Below, piece by piece: positions 27,659 through 32,000 of a DNA stretch of 32,000 nt. Source of the stretch: Phycisphaera mikurensis NBRC 102666 (GTDB taxonomy: Bacteria; Planctomycetota; Phycisphaerae; Phycisphaerales; Phycisphaeraceae); assembly GCF_000284115.1 (NCBI RefSeq), contig NC_017080.1, positions 600,001-632,000 on the forward strand, written 5' to 3'. Within the stretch, counting starts at the first letter, position 1. Every line of letters starts with the position of its first letter. Below the pieces are notes generated by a model that saw only the letters and a program-made list of their open reading frames with translations, had not been told where the DNA came from and searched no databases. The position numbers were made by a program, and so were the translations under genes.

Positions 27659-27823
27659 TCCGATCCAAAATGTTGTGAGGAATCTTTGCTTTCCCCCTCC
27701 CGCCCCCCAGTCCTCCACCGCCAGCCCGAGGACGAGGTCGATGTGCCCGCGGTTGTGGGAGGCCCCGGCGGGAAAATTCTCCCGGGGCCGCGCCCGCGGC
27801 GTTGGAGCGGCCTTCAGTGCGGC

Positions 27824-28078
27824 ATGAGCACGACCCCCACCGCCTCCCGCGAACGCCCCTCCTTCAGCATCCCCAGCATCGTCGCGATCGTCGCGACGCT
27901 GCTGATCTTCTTCACCGAGGGCTACGACGTGCTGCTGGCGATCGTTGCCATCGTCGCCGGCGTCATCGGCGGCTTGCTGGCCCTTGCGCCGGGCATCCGC
28001 GGCGGGATCACGAGCATCCTCAGCGTGATCCTGGCGCTCCTCGCGATCGTCGTCTCGCTCTTCCAGGTCGTCCTCTGA
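27824..28078 (+). CDS. Small membrane protein (84 aa)
   Basis: MSTTPTASRERPSFSIPSIVAIVATLLIFFTEGYDVLLAIVAIVAGVIGGLLALAPGIRGGITSILSVILALLAIVVSLFQVVL; three hydrophobic segments. The track ORF extension upstream through the repeats is probably spurious. Confidence 0.7.
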   Translation: MSTTPTASRERPSFSIPSIVAIVATLLIFFTEGYDVLLAIVAIVAGVIGGLLALAPGIRGGITSILSVILALLAIVVSLFQVVL

Positions 28079-28127
28079 GCGTGCGCGGGGGGGGAGCTCG
28101 CCGGCCCGCGGACCGTCGGCCTTCTTC

Positions 28128-28152
28128 GCCGCGGACCGCCACGGTCCGCGGC
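28128..28152. terminator. Strong hairpin between convergent genes, possible bidirectional terminator
   Basis: GCCGCGGACCG (28128-28138), loop CCA, CGGTCCGCGGC (28142-28152); perfect 11 bp stem. No U-tract. Confidence 0.45.
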
Positions 28153-28208
28153 GTCTCCGCGGAGGCTCGCCCGCCCGCCCGCCGGCCGCGCCCGATCCTC
28201 CGCCGGCA

Positions 28209-28865
28209 TCAGCGCGTGGCCGGCAGCTCGCCGGCGACGCCGGCGAGGACGTCGCGCCAGGTGATCGCTTCCACCTGTTTCTCCGCCTCGACGAGCGGGT
28301 CGAAGTCCTTCACCTCGGGGGCGGAGACCAGGTCGGCGGGCTCGTCGTCGGCGGCTTTCTTCAGCCCGACGCTGCCGTCGCCGCTGACGCTGACGACCCA
28401 GCGGCCGTCGGCGAGGCTGCGGTAGGCGACCTTGCCGTGGTCGGCCTGCTCGGCGTCCCAGTCGATCTCGGCGAGGGCGGGGTCGATGACGATGCCCTCC
28501 CGCGGGGCGGTGCGGTCGTCGAAGACGCGGCGGATCCACAGCTTGCCGTCGAGCACGACGTAGTCGAGGAAGATCTCCGAGTCGGCCGAGTAGGGCGTCT
28601 GGATGCGGCGGAGCGGGCCGCTGGGCGAGCGGACCTGCACGGCGACGGCGCCGCCCTCGACCAAGAGCTCGGTGACGGCCGCCCGGGTGACGGCGAGGTT
28701 GTAGTCCGCGGCGAGCTGGTTGTACTCGGCGGTGACGGCGACGAGGCGCTCGCGGTAGATGCCCGAGGCGATGCGGTCGCGCAGCAGCAGGTAGCCCAGG
28801 CCGGCGGCGCCGGCGAGGCAGGCGGCGGAGACGAGCACGAGGAGGGCGGTGAGAGCGCGACGCAT
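28209..28865 (-). CDS. Membrane-anchored protein of unknown function
   Basis: MRRALTALLVLVSAACLAGAAGLGYLLL (N-terminal anchor) followed by a soluble domain (DSEIFLDYVVLDGKLWIRRVFDD...). Confidence 0.65.
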   Translation of the reverse strand: MRRALTALLVLVSAACLAGAAGLGYLLLRDRIASGIYRERLVAVTAEYNQLAADYNLAVTRAAVTELLVEGGAVAVQVRSPSGPLRRIQTPYSADSEIFLDYVVLDGKLWIRRVFDDRTAPREGIVIDPALAEIDWDAEQADHGKVAYRSLADGRWVVSVSGDGSVGLKKAADDEPADLVSAPEVKDFDPLVEAEKQVEAITWRDVLAGVAGELPATR

Positions 28866-28912
28866 GCGGTGCCCTCATCGGCCCAGCCGGCCCCCGTCCG
28901 GCAACCGCCGCG

Positions 28913-31900
28913 TCAGCGGAGCGGGCCGGTGGTGCCGCCGACGCCGCGGACGTCGACGCGGTCGGTCATGAGGTTCCAGGTGGCGCTGCGGGCGGGGAGG
29001 GTGCGGTTGTCGGCGGTGATCGCCATGCCGCGGTCGGCGTCGCTCCAGAGCTGCACCTCGTCCTCGCCGGTGCGGTAGAGCAGGTGGTCGGCCGTGATGA
29101 CCCGCTCGTCCTGCTCGACCACGACGCTCCCGTCGATGCGGACCTGGCGCAGGTCCGCGCCCGCGGCGGGGGCGGTGGCTCCGCCGGCCGGCTCGCCCTC
29201 GCCGGCGAAGGTGGCCAGCAGGCGGTCGCCGTAGAGCTTCACGCGGGGGCGGCCGTCGCGGGGGTCGTGGTTCATGAAGACGTCGCCGGTGAGCTCGGCG
29301 TCGCGGCTCCGGCCGTCCAGCCGCAGGGCGGTGGCCCAGCGGAAGAAGGTGGCGCCGCGGCCGGCGAGGCGCACGGCCGGGGCGGCGTCGCCCGCGGGCG
29401 TGGCGTCGCCGCCGGGCCGCTCGTCGACGAGGATGAGCTTGCCGGGGCCGGGCATCGTCAGCAGCTGGCGGCCGCCCTCCTCGGCGGGCAGCACGTCCAG
29501 GTCCAGCCGCGGGCCTTCGGCGCGCAGCGTGGAGGCGGTGGCGCCGCCGGGCCCGAGCGTCTCCACGACGACGACGACCGGGCGGTTGCCGCCAACGGGG
29601 GCGGAGGCCCGCAGCGTGCGGAGGCTGGCGAAGCCGCCCGGAGCGGGCCCGCCGGCGTCGGGCTCGGCCCCGGCGTGGGCCGTCTCGAAGGTGACGAACA
29701 CGCCGCCGGCCTCGATGCGGCGGCGCTCGGTGGCGGACTGGGAGGTGGTCAGCGTCTCCCCCTGCGCCTCGGCTTCGCCGGTGGCGCCGTCGTAGGCGAG
29801 GCCGGTGGTCCAGGTGAGCCGGGTCTCGTCGGATCCGGCTCCAGGCCCGTCCCCCGGGCCGGGCCCGGCGGGGAGGCTGCGCAGCTCGCCGGGCCCGCGG
29901 ACCTCCAGCCGCTCGCCGGCGAGCCCGGCGATGATCGTGCCGCCGGAGAGGCGGAAGCCGCCGCGGGCGGCGGTGGCGGGCAGGCCGTCGGTGCCGTTGA
30001 GCTCCACCCGGTCGAGCCGGGGGGACGCGGTCAGGCGGTCGGCGGCGAGGTAGAGCGGCTCGGCGGCGGCGTCGGCGGTCTCCGGCGCCGCCTCGCCGAG
30101 GCCGCCGGCGTCGAGCGTCTCGACGGTGACGCCGCCGGAGGCCTCGAGGCCGGCGATCTCGGGCCGCTGCGGGTCGGTCGGCGAGGGCGACAGCGCGACG
30201 CGGAGGTCCTCGCTGCGGAGCGTCCAGAGCGGCTCGGCGTCGGGCTTCGCACCGGCCGGCCGCCGGGTCGCAACGACGCCGCCGTCGGCGAGCAGCGACT
30301 TTGGCGCCGGCTGGCCGCCGCCGGGCGCCGCTCCGAAGCCGAGGGTGACGCGGGAGGCGTCGAGGCGGAGCGGGCCGCCCCCGGAGAACCCGTCGCCGCC
30401 GGACGCTCCGCCGGGGGCCGCCGCGTCGACGCCGACGCGGCCGGTGAAGACGGCCGAGCGGATGGCCAGCGCCTCACGCTCGCCCTCGGCTGGGTCGAAG
30501 GCGAGGTCCATCCCGGCCTGGAAGGCCACGCGGAGCGCGTCGCCGGCGTCGGCCGCGTCGGGGTCTCGGGCGGTGAGCACGCCGGGGCCGGCGGCCCGCG
30601 CGACGCCGGCACCGGGCGTCGCCTCGATCCGCTGCGCGGTGAGCGTGCCGGCGCCGGGGTCCTCGGCGCGCACGGGAGCGCCGCCGACGCCGGTGGCGTC
30701 CAGCCGGCCGTCGGCGGTGGTGTACGCGAGCGAGGCGGCGGCGATGCGGGCGGCGCCGCTGGCGGCCGTGGCGGGAGCCTCGGCCGTGCCCCCCAGCTGG
30801 AGGTGGGCGCCGGTGAAGGCGGCGCTGCGGACGGCCTCGGGCCCCTCGCCCGGGGCCGCGGGGCGGAGGCGCAGCGGGCCGGTCCAGGCGAGCTCGACGG
30901 TGCCGGGGCCGGGCTGGAAGAGGGAGGCGCCGGCTTCGGCCGGGGCGGGCGGCGGGGCCGGATCGCCGCCGCGGATCGCGGGCGTTCCGGCCGCCTGGGC
31001 GCCGCGGTCCGCGGGGCCCGGCGGTGGCGTCGCCTCCGCGTCGCCGCCGCCGAGGCCCTCGCCGGCGGCGAAGAACACCAGCAGGGTGCGGCCGGTGAGG
31101 CGGGTGCCCGAGTCGGCGTCGATGGTGACGCCGCCGGAGGCCTCGACGCGGTAGACCGTGGCGGGCGTGGCTTCGGGCCTGGGCGTGGGCGTCGCCGCGT
31201 CGGTTGCGCCGCCGGTCTCCGCGCTGCGGGCGGCCGACTCCGGATCCGGCGTCGGCGTCGGCGTCGGGGGCACGCCCGCCGCCGCGCCGCCCGCCTCCTC
31301 CCGCCGCAGCCGCAGGAACTCGGTTTCGTCGAGCACGAGCTTCTTGACCTCCTCCTCGGCTCGGCTGAAGTCCAGCTCCAGCCCGGTGCCGGCGAGGTCC
31401 ACCCGCGGCCCGCTCACGCGCACCGGCCCGGCGGTGGAGAGCCGGCCCAGCTCGCGATCGAAGCTGGTCGGCCCGGCGAGAGCGAGCCGCAACACCGCGT
31501 TCGCGTCGGACTCGGGAGCGGCCGGCGAGGCCAGCCGATGGAAGGTGACCACCGTGCCGCCGCGGAAGCTGCCGCGCTGGAAGTCGTTGCCGGGGTGCTC
31601 CACCGTGCCCTCGGCGGCCTCGAGGACGAGCAGGCGGCCGGGCCCGAGCTCGACGCGGGCCCGGGGGGCCTCCACGTCGGAGACGAAATCGGTCCGCGGC
31701 GTCAGCACGTCCCAGGTCAGAGCGGTCTGCTTGCCGTCCTGCTCGGTGAGAAAGGTCGACCGCTCGACCGCCTGCAGCGGGTTCTGCCGCGGGGCGTTGG
31801 CGTCCTCGGTGAAGCGGCCCGGGAAGTCGTCGGGGTCGAGGCTCGCCGCCTCGGCCGGTCCTGCGGAGGGGCCGGGGTCGCCGAGGTACCAGGCGGTGGC

Positions 31901-31963
31901 GAGCAGCAGCGCCGACGCCGCGAGGGCGCCTCCGAGCAGCGTGGGCAGGGCCGGGTTCGCCAT
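28913..31963 (-). CDS. Giant OstA/LptA/LptC-like envelope protein
   Basis: 1016 aa. N-terminal anchor MANPALPTLLGGALAASALLLATAWYLG. Repeated beta-jellyroll-like segments; C-terminal VRIDGSVVVEQDERVITADHLLYRTGEDEVQLWSD...VDVRGVGG typical of OstA-like domains. Confidence 0.7.
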   Translation of the reverse strand: MANPALPTLLGGALAASALLLATAWYLGDPGPSAGPAEAASLDPDDFPGRFTEDANAPRQNPLQAVERSTFLTEQDGKQTALTWDVLTPRTDFVSDVEAPRARVELGPGRLLVLEAAEGTVEHPGNDFQRGSFRGGTVVTFHRLASPAAPESDANAVLRLALAGPTSFDRELGRLSTAGPVRVSGPRVDLAGTGLELDFSRAEEEVKKLVLDETEFLRLRREEAGGAAAGVPPTPTPTPDPESAARSAETGGATDAATPTPRPEATPATVYRVEASGGVTIDADSGTRLTGRTLLVFFAAGEGLGGGDAEATPPPGPADRGAQAAGTPAIRGGDPAPPPAPAEAGASLFQPGPGTVELAWTGPLRLRPAAPGEGPEAVRSAAFTGAHLQLGGTAEAPATAASGAARIAAASLAYTTADGRLDATGVGGAPVRAEDPGAGTLTAQRIEATPGAGVARAAGPGVLTARDPDAADAGDALRVAFQAGMDLAFDPAEGEREALAIRSAVFTGRVGVDAAAPGGASGGDGFSGGGPLRLDASRVTLGFGAAPGGGQPAPKSLLADGGVVATRRPAGAKPDAEPLWTLRSEDLRVALSPSPTDPQRPEIAGLEASGGVTVETLDAGGLGEAAPETADAAAEPLYLAADRLTASPRLDRVELNGTDGLPATAARGGFRLSGGTIIAGLAGERLEVRGPGELRSLPAGPGPGDGPGAGSDETRLTWTTGLAYDGATGEAEAQGETLTTSQSATERRRIEAGGVFVTFETAHAGAEPDAGGPAPGGFASLRTLRASAPVGGNRPVVVVVETLGPGGATASTLRAEGPRLDLDVLPAEEGGRQLLTMPGPGKLILVDERPGGDATPAGDAAPAVRLAGRGATFFRWATALRLDGRSRDAELTGDVFMNHDPRDGRPRVKLYGDRLLATFAGEGEPAGGATAPAAGADLRQVRIDGSVVVEQDERVITADHLLYRTGEDEVQLWSDADRGMAITADNRTLPARSATWNLMTDRVDVRGVGGTTGPLR

Positions 31964-32000
31964 CGCGCGAGGGTACGGGCCGGGCGGGCCCCCGACGCGG

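Noticed and set aside
27020-27823. Repeat-derived peptide (IQLLRAQADRAASPLSS...) in the 352 aa ORF
   Set aside because: Open in several frames because the ~107 bp unit lacks stops; likely non-coding. Only the last 84 aa look like a real protein.

Overview
This 32 kb window has very high G+C content and looks chromosomal. Gene content (PEP-CTERM proteins, a PknB-type kinase, a squalene-cyclase-like secreted repeat protein, an OstA/LptA-like giant) suggests a planctomycete, probably Phycisphaerae-like; this taxonomic call is inference. The left third (1-9198) is a same-strand run of envelope/secreted proteins: a VWA-like membrane protein, a ~1160 aa coiled-coil membrane protein, a Pro/Gly-rich secreted protein, a squalene-cyclase-like repeat protein and a secreted protein with internal repeats. 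Next come prmC, an IS5-superfamily insertion sequence with recognisable ends and an adjacent long imperfect inverted repeat, then purU, an outer-membrane-type protein, murE, a PilZ plus degenerate receiver protein, a Ser/Thr kinase, an esterase, a small C-terminally anchored protein, an Rrf2 regulator, bioA, a fused aroD-aroE gene, a DinB-like gene, two convergent PEP-CTERM proteins, a ~0.53 kb tandem array of five ~107 bp palindrome-rich units, a small membrane protein, a membrane-anchored protein and a 1016 aa OstA/LptA-like protein. I found no tRNA, rRNA, CRISPR array or clear defence island. The best candidates for something undescribed are the palindromic dimer-type tandem array (27133-27658) and the envelope gene cluster (99-9198). 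Many long ORFs in the supplied track are high-G+C shadow ORFs and were rejected.
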